This document shows, one piece after another, positions 21,747-32,100 of a stretch of DNA of 64,000 bases (its first letter is position 1; every line of letters starts with the position of its first letter). This DNA is from Candidatus Thermosaccharophagus tengchongensis. Lineage in GTDB: Bacteria; Armatimonadota; Fervidibacteria; Fervidibacterales; Thermosaccharophagaceae. The stretch lies in the NCBI GenBank assembly GCA_032161105.1, contig JAVHTD010000001.1, one strand, 5' to 3'. The position numbers and the translations under genes are program-made. The notes under the pieces were generated by a model, which was not told where the DNA came from, did no database searches, and saw only the letters and a program-made list of their open reading frames with translations.

Positions 21747-24060
21747 ATCCCCGTTAGTGAGACGGCTACAGCGCTGCAACCAAAGTGGATGGTTGAGGTT
21801 GGGGCGCAGGGTTGTTTCGCCACTCAATGTCTTTTCAAGGAGGGTAGCGCGCCAAAGGCAGAAGCGGTTCAAGTTTGCTGTGGACAGTCAGCGGCTACTG
21901 TTGGGCATCATCGTGAGCGCCTCATTGTTCATCATGTTCATCCCAAGGGACACCTTTTTGATGAGCATGTATGTCGTTGGGGATGTGTTTGACAGGGACA
22001 TTTACGCTTGGCGCACCGTTGAATACACATCGTTAGTTGAGACACAGAAACAGAGGGAGAGGGTAGTTGAGGCGGTTGAGCCGATTTACCACATGGCTCA
22101 CGATGTCAATGAAAGGGTGCTGAGAGCGGTTGAGGTCACTTACAAGCAGCTGCGCTCAATTGCATCGTTGGATGCCACAATCGGTGAGAAGGTGCGCATT
22201 GCGAGGGATAGAGTTGTGGTGGCGCTCAACGATGATGTCCTTCTAACCCTCTTGAGCTCCACACCAGAGGTTCTCAAGCTGATGGAAAGTCACACGGTCT
22301 CGCTCATCCAAAGGGAGCTTGACAAGGGGATCAAGCCAACCAAGAGGGATGTTGAGAGGGCAAAGGATTCTGTTGCAAAGGCTGCGGCATCACTTAACTT
22401 GAGTGCGCCATATAGGGATGCGATAGCTGCTGTAGCAGCAGCCGTGATTGAGCCCAACTTGGTATTTGATGCAAAAGCTACACAGCAGCTGCGCGAGAAA
22501 ATTATGCAAACCATTGAACCAGTTAGGAAGCAGGTGAGGGTTGGCGAGCTAATAGCGCACGCAGGTGATGTGGTGACCGAAGAGCACTTGGAGAAGCTGA
22601 GGGCGCTCGGAATCAACTACGCCAACATCGCGGCAGCCGCGCTAATTTCCATCATGCTCACATGCCTCATCGGGTTAAGCCTGCAGCGGTCCCTCAAAGG
22701 GTTTTTGCGCTTGCGAGATGGAGAAACTCAGGAGGTAACGAAGTGCCTGAAATTGCTTGCCACCATTTGGCTGCCTTTGCTCATGGCTCAGTATTTCCTC
22801 TCGCTGGCCGGCATACATGATGGCGCACCGGCACTCATCAGCACTGCAGCAATGGTCACATGTATGTTGTTTGAGATGCCGTTGCTATCGGCTCTCCTAT
22901 CCGGCTTTGCAAGCATCATCATCGGCACAATTGCGCTGTGCGATTTAAACATGCTCATCATGCGCTCACCATTAAGGGAGCTTATGCACTATGGCAATCC
23001 GCTCGGGGCGATGCTATACGCTTTTGAGCTATCCGCTGTCTCCTTCGCTTGCGCCATCGTTGGCATTTACTTAACGGCATCGGTGCATCAGCGGGCACAG
23101 CTCATATATGCCGGCGTGTTGATCGGGTTGACCACATTCCTCAGCAGGCTCCTCTTTTGCACGCTGCTTGGACCAATGAGCTTCTACCTGCCGCTTAAGA
23201 CCGTCCTGCCGCTCATCCGCAGAGAGCTGCTGCTCTCAATTGTGACCGGTATGGCAGCTCCCGCACTCTCACTTGCCATCATCGCCATCATTGAGAGGGC
23301 TTTCAATCTGGTCACCGCATTCACGCTGCTTGAGCTCGCAAACAGCAGCGCCGGTCTTCTGAGGGAGCTCGCCGAGAGGGCACCGGGGACATATCAAAGC
23401 TCGTTAATGGTGGCATCGCTTGCGAGGGCTGCTGCTGAAGCCATCGGGGCAAACCCGATGCTCGCCTATGTTGGCGGTCTATACCACGACATAGGGAAGT
23501 TGAAGCGCCCGCATTACTTCTCCGAGAACCAGCGTGATGGTAACCCGCATGACGAGCTTTCGCCATCGCTTAGTGCCAGCATCCTCAGGGAGCATGTTGA
23601 AGAGGGCGTAAACATGGCGAAGGAATATCGCCTCCCTGAACCCATCATTGACTTCATAAGGGAGCATCACGGCACTTCACTGATGCAATTCTTCTACAGC
23701 AAGGCGCTTCAAAGCAACGGGCGAAAGGATGAGATTCAGGAAGATAGCTATCGCTATCTCGGTCCGAAGCCGAGGTCAAAGGAAACGGCGCTTGTGATGC
23801 TCGCCGACGCGGTTGAGGCTGCAGTCAGCTCCATACCGGATGAGAACTTTAGGACACCCGATGGATGGGAAAAGGTGGAGAAGCTGATTGACAAAGTCAT
23901 TGACAGCAAGATTGAGGATGGGCAGCTGGATGAATCGCCGTTGAGTTATGCCGAGGTCGCGAAGATAAGGGAAGTCTTCAAGGAGCGCATCCGTGTGAGC
24001 AGGCTGCAGCGCATACAGTATCCCGAAGTGCCGCAGCAAGTTCGCAGTGCTGTAAAGTAA
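21733..24060 (+). CDS. pgpH: 7TM-HD (HDIG) membrane phosphohydrolase, PgpH-like c-di-AMP phosphodiesterase
   Basis: Extracellular domain plus TM block plus APGTY, YHDIGK, ENQ, EHHGT, MLAD; lies between phoH and ybeY. Confidence 0.85.
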   Translation: MAVGKSPLVRRLQRCNQSGWLRLGRRVVSPLNVFSRRVARQRQKRFKFAVDSQRLLLGIIVSASLFIMFIPRDTFLMSMYVVGDVFDRDIYAWRTVEYTSLVETQKQRERVVEAVEPIYHMAHDVNERVLRAVEVTYKQLRSIASLDATIGEKVRIARDRVVVALNDDVLLTLLSSTPEVLKLMESHTVSLIQRELDKGIKPTKRDVERAKDSVAKAAASLNLSAPYRDAIAAVAAAVIEPNLVFDAKATQQLREKIMQTIEPVRKQVRVGELIAHAGDVVTEEHLEKLRALGINYANIAAAALISIMLTCLIGLSLQRSLKGFLRLRDGETQEVTKCLKLLATIWLPLLMAQYFLSLAGIHDGAPALISTAAMVTCMLFEMPLLSALLSGFASIIIGTIALCDLNMLIMRSPLRELMHYGNPLGAMLYAFELSAVSFACAIVGIYLTASVHQRAQLIYAGVLIGLTTFLSRLLFCTLLGPMSFYLPLKTVLPLIRRELLLSIVTGMAAPALSLAIIAIIERAFNLVTAFTLLELANSSAGLLRELAERAPGTYQSSLMVASLARAAAEAIGANPMLAYVGGLYHDIGKLKRPHYFSENQRDGNPHDELSPSLSASILREHVEEGVNMAKEYRLPEPIIDFIREHHGTSLMQFFYSKALQSNGRKDEIQEDSYRYLGPKPRSKETALVMLADAVEAAVSSIPDENFRTPDGWEKVEKLIDKVIDSKIEDGQLDESPLSYAEVAKIREVFKERIRVSRLQRIQYPEVPQQVRSAVK

Positions 24061-24088
24061 GCCGGCAACTCAACACTGTGCATGCGCT

Positions 24089-24682
24089 ATGCCGAGGGTC
24101 AGAGCAATCGTATCGGTCCAAGATGGGGTTGAACTACCCGAGTGTGAGCAATCAAGCGGCATAGATGGCATGGATAGGCAACGCCTTGAGGGAAAGGACA
24201 TCAAACGGCGCCTCAAGGTGATTGAGAATGCCATAGCCAGTTTGGTGAGGCACATTCTCGCATGTGAATTGCCGAGTTGCCGATGCCGTGTTGAAGTGAG
24301 CCTCTTAATTTGCAATGACAAGCGCATCACCGAGCTGAACGCAGCATACTTTGGGCGCAATCGCCCGACAGATGTGCTCTCCTTCCCTCAACTCTCAAGG
24401 GATGAACTTGAGCAATTGAAGCACCCTCACAAGTGCGATTCTGAGGCTGTCAAGCTGCTTGGTGACATCGTTATCTCAATTGGCGCCGTGCGAAGGCAGG
24501 CGAGGCGCTACAAGCATTCGCAAGTTGATGAATTGATGCGCTTGGTCGCTCATGGCTTTTTGCACCTTCTCGGATATGAGGACGCCGAAGATGCGGAGCG
24601 CAAAGCTATGGCTAAAAGGGAGCGGGCATTGATTCGCAGTTGGAAATTGAGGGTGTGGAAAAGTCAATCTGACTCACCGTAA
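24089..24682 (+). CDS. ybeY: rRNA maturation endoribonuclease YbeY
   Basis: PTDVLSFP, LGDIVIS, HGFLHLLGYED; start may lie downstream. Confidence 0.92.
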   Translation: MPRVRAIVSVQDGVELPECEQSSGIDGMDRQRLEGKDIKRRLKVIENAIASLVRHILACELPSCRCRVEVSLLICNDKRITELNAAYFGRNRPTDVLSFPQLSRDELEQLKHPHKCDSEAVKLLGDIVISIGAVRRQARRYKHSQVDELMRLVAHGFLHLLGYEDAEDAERKAMAKRERALIRSWKLRVWKSQSDSP

Positions 24683-24746
24683 GCCGTGCCGCATAGCTGG
24701 TGCACAGCGGGTTGATTAACCCTCCGCTTAATCCTTCGCCATGGAG

Positions 24747-25451
24747 TTAATCCTCCTTTAGAGCCTTCCAAAGCCTGTGAAGCATGACGATGACTTCAGC
24801 CCTTGAAGCCGGTCTATACCCTTCCACCTTGCCCGAAGGTGTCCCTGTGACTATTCCCATCTCCAAAGCCCACTTGACAGCTTCTTCAGCCCACGCCGGC
24901 ACATCTGGGTGAGCTATAGCATCGTCAGCATCCCCTTCGCTTGGTATCGTGGTCGGCGCTTCCAGTTCACTCACCCATGAGCGCACAATGGCTTTGTCAA
25001 GCTTCGTTCCGGGGCAGCTTTTGTATGGCGCATAGTCGCGGTGGAAGTTGATGTCCTGAGGCGTAAGCTTAAACCGCTCCAGCAGTGTGTTCAGTGTGGC
25101 AATGAGCGATGCGCGTTGGCGAACTGTCAACTCCTCTTCATCAAAGTTACCTATCAGGCAAACCCCGATGCTGTGCGCATTTCGCCCACGCGTGTGAGCG
25201 CCTGCATTCTCGATCGGTCTTCCCACCCATATTGCGCCGTCGGGCGCTATCAGGAAGTGATATCCGATGTCGCTCCATCCTTGATTTCTGACATGGAAGT
25301 TGTAGATGGCTTTTATCGTCTGCTCGCCCTTGTATTCCCGCGCTGTCGGGCGCCATGTGTGATGCAATATGACTTCATCAATCCTCCTCATGCACGGTTG
25401 TCCCCTAATCCAACTTTGCAACTCCTTAGCCGTGAGCTTGGTGCCGACCAT
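24747..25451 (-). CDS. N-acetylmuramoyl-L-alanine amidase (Amidase_2/PGRP-like) with C-terminal SLH domain
   Basis: ILHHT, GWSDIGYHF, GAHT, HRD, KSCPG; DVPAWAEEAVKWA..GIVTG..SRAE. Confidence 0.88.
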   Translation of the reverse strand: MVGTKLTAKELQSWIRGQPCMRRIDEVILHHTWRPTAREYKGEQTIKAIYNFHVRNQGWSDIGYHFLIAPDGAIWVGRPIENAGAHTRGRNAHSIGVCLIGNFDEEELTVRQRASLIATLNTLLERFKLTPQDINFHRDYAPYKSCPGTKLDKAIVRSWVSELEAPTTIPSEGDADDAIAHPDVPAWAEEAVKWALEMGIVTGTPSGKVEGYRPASRAEVIVMLHRLWKALKED

Positions 25452-25637
25452 TTTCCCTTCCCCTCCGGTAGTGATGGATTCCATCTGACATTGCGCAGTT
25501 AAGCTAATGACGGCAAAATTGCATTGCCAATTCCAACTGTAACATCTTCAACTCAGGAGCGTGGTTGGCAGTGCCTTGTGGCGCTTTGGGCGGAGCACAT
25601 TTTAAGTCGGACATACAACACAGGAGGTGAGCGTGAC

Positions 25638-25919
25638 ATGGAGCAAGCTGAACCACAAGAGGTGTTCATAGGGAGGGTCGTTCACTTTTTCCCGCGCCCG
25701 AGTGCAGCCGCAATTGAGCTCACAAATGGCGATTTGAAAATCGGTGATAGGATACACATACGCGGTCACACAACTGATTTCACTCAGGTTGTCACATCAA
25801 TGCAGATTGAAAACCAGCCAATTGAAGCAGCCTCAATCGGGCAGACTATAGGCGTGAAGGTGGTTGAGCGCGTGAGGGAAGGGGATTTAGTTTACAAGGT
25901 TGTTGAGGGTGAGCAGTAA
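25638..25919 (+). CDS. Small EF-Tu domain II-like / U32 C-terminal-like beta-barrel protein
   Basis: IGRVVHFF, LKIGDRIHIRGHTTDFTQVVTSMQIE, VREGDLVY; RBS AGGAGGTG. Confidence 0.75.
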   Translation: MEQAEPQEVFIGRVVHFFPRPSAAAIELTNGDLKIGDRIHIRGHTTDFTQVVTSMQIENQPIEAASIGQTIGVKVVERVREGDLVYKVVEGEQ

Positions 25920-25989
25920 TGTCAGCGCCAATTTGAATGGCATGCTTTAAGCGTTTGCGGCTATCATAACAATGAGCCTTTGATGAGCG

Positions 25990-25998
25990 TGTTATACT
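25990..25998 (+). promoter_or_regulatory. Extended -10 promoter of the tRNA
   Basis: TGtTATACT ending about 21 nt upstream of the tRNA. Confidence 0.55.
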
Positions 25999-26019
25999 GC
26001 AATTGCGAGGGGGACATTT

Positions 26020-26093
26020 CGGGGCGTAGCGCAGTTTGGTAGCGCGTGGGCATCGGGAGCCCAAGGTCGCCGGTTCGAGTCCGGCCGCCCCGA
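26020..26093 (+). tRNA. tRNA-Pro (anticodon CGG), CCA not encoded
   Basis: Acceptor CGGGGCG/CGCCCCG plus discriminator A, D arm GCGC/GCGC, anticodon arm TGGGC-ATCGGGA-GCCCA, T arm GCCGG-TTCGAGT-CCGGC. Confidence 0.96.
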
Positions 26094-26101
26094 TATGGCA
26101 A

Positions 26102-28936
26102 TTAGCCGCTTGGCTGAGTTGATGCCAGTATGTAAAGCCACTTTAACAGCTTGTCGCGCCTGATCGGCTCATTCGGGTTAAAGTTTAAGAGCTCCCCGAA
26201 GTGCTTCAGCAGTTCCTCTTCGGTGCGCTTAAAGCACTTTGAGAGCCATCTTATGACATCACCCGTTGTTGGGTTGGCGCCCGCTGTGGCAAATGGTTCG
26301 TAGTATGGCGGCGGGAAGAGATTTGAGAAGCGTTGCAGGATGGTCGTCACGGTTAAACTGTCAAGCGCATCCCTCAGGCGCGCCTCATATGTTTCAAAGA
26401 ACCCGCGCACGGCGAAGAACTGTGCCGCTGCAAATTCAATTCCCCACTTTGATGGCATGTCAAAGAAGAAGGCAATAACCTGCCCCTGCTCAAGCAGCGA
26501 GCGTTGCAGCTTATCAATTGGCACCTTGCGAGTTGAGCCATAAACGAGCGCCATGCCGGCTGCAGTGCCAGCTGCTTGACCGAGTGCCATCCACACCGGC
26601 TCAAGGCGCAGCGTCCCAAATCCTATGTGTGTTGCTGATACGGCAACGCAAACGAGCAGTCCCTCAAGCTCGCCCTTTGGCAAACCATCTTCACCCCTCG
26701 CATTTGGAAGCATCACACGATAGGGGATGTGTGATGGGACAGTTATGTTCGGCAGGTAGAAGAAGCCCTCGTGGATGTATGGCGCAAGCGTATCCCTTGG
26801 GGTGCATGCATGGCTGTCAATCGGGTATTCAGCAACGGCTATGCTATCCTCATGTGTTGGCGCCCTTTTCCCCGGTGCCTGCGGGCGCGCATCCCTCTCG
26901 GTGAAGATGTAGTCACCGATTATGCGCCTTGCCTCCCTCACATAAAGCTGTGGTGGGAAGTTGTCGTTGTCTTCAAATTCATCCAACGCCAACCCCCAAT
27001 GTGACGCAGCTGTGCGAAACCAATCCGGAAGGCGCTCATCCGTCTGCAGGAAATAGAAAAGCCCGAGGATATAGTTTCGGTGTGCCGTTGCAATCTCCTC
27101 CCGCTTATCCCAGTCGGCTTCCGGGTAATCGTAGTTCATGCCGATGAAATCGGTTGACGGAAACGGACCCGGCGTGTTGTTTGCATCAAATTTGAGCTGC
27201 GGCAATTTGACGAGGCTGACAACCTCCATCGGATGCCACAGGACTCCGTCTTTCACCCTCGTTGCAATTTCGGCGTATCGTTGTGGGTCGTAATCTGGCG
27301 GAGCTGTCGCAGGACGCCTGTTATCGGGACGCCTCGTCAATGTCAACCTGTAATTGTATGCTTGGACTTTCTTATCGCCCTCGTGTCTTCCGAAGGTCAC
27401 CTGCCTCGTGAGTGAGTCCCAGAAAACCTCACCCGCGAATTCTTCATTGAATTCAAACCTGCCCTCGCGCCCAACCCTGTATGCAGCACCAGCCAACGCA
27501 GCCAAGTCACCCTCATAAGTGGCATCAATGAAAACTTGTGCGTGCATTCGCCAACGCAACCCTCTAACTCTATCATCAAGCAAAATCCCGACGACCCTGT
27601 TGCCATCCTTTAAGACGCCACCGAGTTCCTGCATGAGGTATATGTCGGGCTGTATGGGCGGCGTTGAGAGCATCATCCAGAATACCTGCTCAGCCACTTT
27701 CGGCTCAAATATATAGCCACCCTGACACTGGCGGTGTTGTGACGAACCTTCACCATACGCTTCCTTGTAGAAGCGCTCAACATGCGAAACGAACTCGGCA
27801 AACAGCCCCCCGGAAGCCTGCCTGTAGCGCCTATCGGTCGCTGATAGTCCTGATGTCATCATTCCGCCGATGTGTTTTGTCCTTTCAACAAGCGCAACAT
27901 TCCAACCCCTCCTTGCGAGCGTTATTGCCGCAGCTATTCCAGCTGGCGTTGCACCCACGACAACGCACTCATAATCTGCAACCAACTTCACCGGTGTCCC
28001 CTTGAGCGATGGGCGCGGCTGTGGAAGCGTCATGGAGGCATCTGACCATGATGGTAAGCTCTCTGCGGCGTCGGAGAGTGCTGTCACAAAGTAGCTGTAT
28101 CCCTCATTTGGGTTAACCGTCTTGTCCTCCCATTGGAGGGTGGCGGCGGACACCTCGGCTATCTGCTCTCCGCGCCTATAAATGCGATACAGCTGGACAT
28201 CGGTTGCTTCCGGCGGCTGCCACTTTAAAATGAGCTTTCCATCTCCCGGTTTGACGCTCAATGACCTTGGTGCATTCGGTAGAGCTCCAACCCTTATCGT
28301 CGGCTCGCTGACATAAATTTGACTCCCATCACTCTCGCCGTTGAAAAGGAAGAAGCAGCTGAGCTCATCAACCGTGCTGAGGAATGGGAGCAACTCGCTC
28401 CGCTCTATTTCCCCTGTGCCAACCCTTGAGAGCCGAATCCTGTATGCGCCTATAGTTGGGTCTGCGACTATGCGCACAGTTATCCATTCGTCGCTCGGGA
28501 ATTTAATTGTGGTCACCCAAGAGAACGAACTTCGCCATGTGAACCAGTTTCCGATGTCTCGCTGCGCTATGTAACCCGACGAGCCGAAGATTAGCCTAAC
28601 CGCCTCATTCACCCAATGAGTTGGCGCGCCTTTACTCAACCCAAACACTAACCCGCGCATCCCGCTGCTTGGCGTCCTGACGACAAATTCAATTTCAACA
28701 ACCTTCCTTGTGGGCTCAAATGACATGAGCAAGTAGTGTGCGTCCTTTGTGCGTGTCTGCGTTTGCCAGCCACTTAGCTCACCAATTGGTGTGGCAAGCC
28801 TTGTCGGCACCCATTGCCCGAGTGCCGGGTTGCCAGCCTCGTCAGTCTCGGTCCATTGAGCGTATGCCGTTGGCAACCATGCCAGCGTTGATAGCAGTGT
28901 TGTGATAGCCATGTGCTTTAATTTCACTCCGCTCAC
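26102..28936 (-). CDS. Exported FAD-dependent oxidoreductase (FAD_oxidored family) with N-terminal beta-rich and Fn3 domains
   Basis: Signal peptide ending AYA-Q; Fn3 (PNAPRSL..LKWQPP..YRIYR..YSYFVTA); VVVGATPAGIAAA, IDATYEGDL, VQAYNYR, YVREARR, LRLEPVWMALGQAAG. Confidence 0.8.
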   Translation of the reverse strand: MSGVKLKHMAITTLLSTLAWLPTAYAQWTETDEAGNPALGQWVPTRLATPIGELSGWQTQTRTKDAHYLLMSFEPTRKVVEIEFVVRTPSSGMRGLVFGLSKGAPTHWVNEAVRLIFGSSGYIAQRDIGNWFTWRSSFSWVTTIKFPSDEWITVRIVADPTIGAYRIRLSRVGTGEIERSELLPFLSTVDELSCFFLFNGESDGSQIYVSEPTIRVGALPNAPRSLSVKPGDGKLILKWQPPEATDVQLYRIYRRGEQIAEVSAATLQWEDKTVNPNEGYSYFVTALSDAAESLPSWSDASMTLPQPRPSLKGTPVKLVADYECVVVGATPAGIAAAITLARRGWNVALVERTKHIGGMMTSGLSATDRRYRQASGGLFAEFVSHVERFYKEAYGEGSSQHRQCQGGYIFEPKVAEQVFWMMLSTPPIQPDIYLMQELGGVLKDGNRVVGILLDDRVRGLRWRMHAQVFIDATYEGDLAALAGAAYRVGREGRFEFNEEFAGEVFWDSLTRQVTFGRHEGDKKVQAYNYRLTLTRRPDNRRPATAPPDYDPQRYAEIATRVKDGVLWHPMEVVSLVKLPQLKFDANNTPGPFPSTDFIGMNYDYPEADWDKREEIATAHRNYILGLFYFLQTDERLPDWFRTAASHWGLALDEFEDNDNFPPQLYVREARRIIGDYIFTERDARPQAPGKRAPTHEDSIAVAEYPIDSHACTPRDTLAPYIHEGFFYLPNITVPSHIPYRVMLPNARGEDGLPKGELEGLLVCVAVSATHIGFGTLRLEPVWMALGQAAGTAAGMALVYGSTRKVPIDKLQRSLLEQGQVIAFFFDMPSKWGIEFAAAQFFAVRGFFETYEARLRDALDSLTVTTILQRFSNLFPPPYYEPFATAGANPTTGDVIRWLSKCFKRTEEELLKHFGELLNFNPNEPIRRDKLLKWLYILASTQPSG

Positions 28937-29115
28937 CCCGCTTCAACTATGCTGCATTTATGGCATGACCAACGGCTCACGCCTGCAACCTTACTGCCAT
29001 TAGTATGCCTGCAGGCGCAATCCCGTGTGAGAAGCGAGTTCACATCCCATGTGCCGCAGTGTATCCCTTGAGGTGTGCTCTCAGGGGCATTTAAACGCAG
29101 TCTGCGCCTTTAACC

Positions 29116-32100
29116 TCACTTGCGCCACTCATATTCCCACTTAACTACCCTCTCATTTCCGGCGCCATCCCTAACCCTCAATTCAATGGCGTGTTTTCCT
29201 GCCGGCAGCCTTGAGATGTCAATGAGCACATCCTCGTTCTTTGAGTCAAACACCCCATCGCCGCATGCTGCCGCTATCCACTCGCCACCATCAATTCGGT
29301 ATTCGGCGCTCGCAATGAATGTGGTTGCATCATAGCAGCGCACTTTCTTTGGTGGCTCAGTTAGCCTTTCTCCGGGAACTGGATGCCACACCTCTGGAGG
29401 TGTGTTGTCAACTATGACCGGGTGAACAACGCGCTCTGTTTGTTTTGCGTCAACTGGATTGGATATGCTGTCGCTTGCGACAACACGGATGTAGTAGATT
29501 CCGTCCCTGACCTTTGTCGTATCCCAACTTATCTCGCTCTTCGTTGTGGCTGCATCTTGAGGCTTCTCAGTTTGCGCCTTTTGTTCTGCCTCCTTATCCT
29601 TTTCCTTTGTTGGCTTTGGTTCCTCAATGCTCACCCAACTTGTGCCGTCTAAGGAGTATTGGACTTCAAAGGAGAGTCTGTCCTTGTCGGGGTCTTTCCC
29701 ATCCCATTGCACCTTGTAAGTTCCCGAAATGATGGCTCCGGGCGTCGGTTGCTTGATGGTGAGTTCGGGCGGGCGATTCTGGGGCATGTAGGTCAATTCA
29801 ACCCGCTTGAGGTTTGGCGACTTTCCGTCATCGCTCATGTATAGCTTGGCGCGGAACTGAATGTATCTTGCTGGCGGGCTGCTCACGATTGCCCCGCTCA
29901 TTGGGTATGGCTCACTCCAGTTGCTCCAAGAGCCATCCGGCACTGCTGTATTTCCGCTCCTCGTTTCAATGACGACGGAGCTGCCGTCGGGCACATCCGC
30001 ATACCACCGTATTGCACCCCATCGTGCAACTGTGCCAGCGTCCTTCACAGGCGATTCGTATACTACCCACTCACGCTTGCTCGGATAAAAGCTAAGGACT
30101 CCTCCACCACCTGCGATGGTCGCAAAGAGCTTGCCACCAGGGATTGCAGCAATGCTGGTTACGAATGCCTCATTACCCTTGTATAGCTGTTCAACGGAGC
30201 CATCGGCGTCAACTTGATAAAGCTTGACCTTCGGACAGACAGCTGCAATCACATGCCTGCCATATCTCGCCATCGCAAAGACATGCTTTCCATCAAGCTT
30301 GCTCACTTCATTGATAGAGCCATCCTTTCGGAGGATGTATATCCTTGCCTGCCCGGCAGTTCCGACATACAGGTTCCCGCCATCATCTAATGCCATGCAT
30401 TGGACCGTCGCCGATGGCGCTTCAAAAACGGAATGCACCCTCCCCAACGAATCAATCCTATAAACCCTCCCCTTTGGGTTTGTCCCGACATAAACGCCAT
30501 CGCCATCCACCGCCATCGCAATTGCGTGTCTATCCGGCAACTCAGCAAAGAGGGAAAGCTCTCCCTTCATCACGCGATAGATTCGCCCGTTTGGTCCTGT
30601 GGCTATCAGGACACCATCATCTTTGTGCATAGCCAGCGCCCATGGGTGTTCACCCTTCAAATCGGCAATAAGTTTCCGTTCGCCATCACTGATGCGGTAG
30701 ACTTTGCCAGACGGAACCAATCCGCAATACAGGCTTCCATCACCGCTCACCATCAAGCTCAACACGCCAACTTCATCCGACCACTCCGCGAGGATTGCGC
30801 GCTTACCATTGGGGTCAATCTTTAAAACCCTTGCTGGCATCCATGTGCCAGCGTATATGTTGCCCGAGGCATCCGCAGCACATACCCAAGTGCACAGCTC
30901 CTCTGGATTGTAAATAGCCTCGCTGGCTAAACCGAGTTTGAGCTTCCCATCGGTAGTTATTGAGACGCCCTTGAACTCGCCCTTCACAAATTCCTCAAAC
31001 TTGTCTACAACCCAAACTTGCGGAGCCCTTGCAAGCGCCTGAGTTCGCCCCGGTGGCGTTGGTGGTGCTTCCACTGCTGGCTTTGTAAGCTTGCCCACTT
31101 CAAGGGCTTCAACCTCCTCCCATGATGGCATTGGCGGTGGCGTTTCCTTATCCAGCTGCTTTTTGCCCTGCCCTTGGGATTGCAATTGTTCAGCATCTTG
31201 CGGGGCTTCGTCATCCGCATCATTCGTTGATTGTTTTTTATCCCAGTCGCCCATAGCCCTGCTTTCGTCGCCTGCTGATACTGCTGCCAAGTCCAAGACG
31301 ATTTCATTGTCGCTCGGGAAGAAGCTCATAGCAGCCGCGCGTGCCCTTGCGGCGACCATCTCAACCCAGTCAATGAAGCTCCCTACACCGCTGTGGACAA
31401 ATTCATCAAACAGCCCATTGTGCACATCCCGAATGTGGCGTGGCATTGCGAAGGCTGCGCCTTCAGGTCCGCCCTCCGAAGATGCGCCTTCGCTTGGTGG
31501 CGGTGTTTCAGTTGGCACAGGCGGTCTGAATGGCTCCTCTTTCTCCCTCTCTTTTGACTCAACCCTAATCGTGAGCAGCGCCATCCCCGATATGAGCCAT
31601 TCAACCTTCTCCCTCGTCTCGGTGAAATCGCGTGTCGGTATAACTTTTGATGTGCCCAGACTAACCAGTGCTTCCATCATTGGCGCTGGCAAAGAGCGCA
31701 CCTCTCTACCGTCAAGTTCAACGCCGACCCTTCCAGTGCTCATGCACACAACAAGCTGATCGTTTTGGTAATCGGAGTTGAGCAGCTCAATGAGTTGGTC
31801 AATGTTGTATGCTCTCTGCGGGCGAGCGCCAACTCTCGCCCTTGCCTGCCTTCCTAACATTCCACCACTTATCGCAATCTGTATGACGCCCGGCTTGGCA
31901 GTTGACGGTATCCTCAAATTGAGCTTAAGAGAGTGGAACTTTCCTCCCCTCTCTCTCAACCTCAATGTCACTGGAATGATCTCGCCGGGCTCAGCTTGAG
32001 CCTTTGCGGCTGTCACTTGGTCAATCCACACAAGCCTCCTTTTGCTTTCGTAATGCAACTCCATATTTATGCGCTCAAGCGTCACATCACGATATGGGTT

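Noticed and set aside
20130..24682. yqeY-phoH-pgpH-ybeY cluster as a novel system
   Set aside because: Well-known conserved gene order
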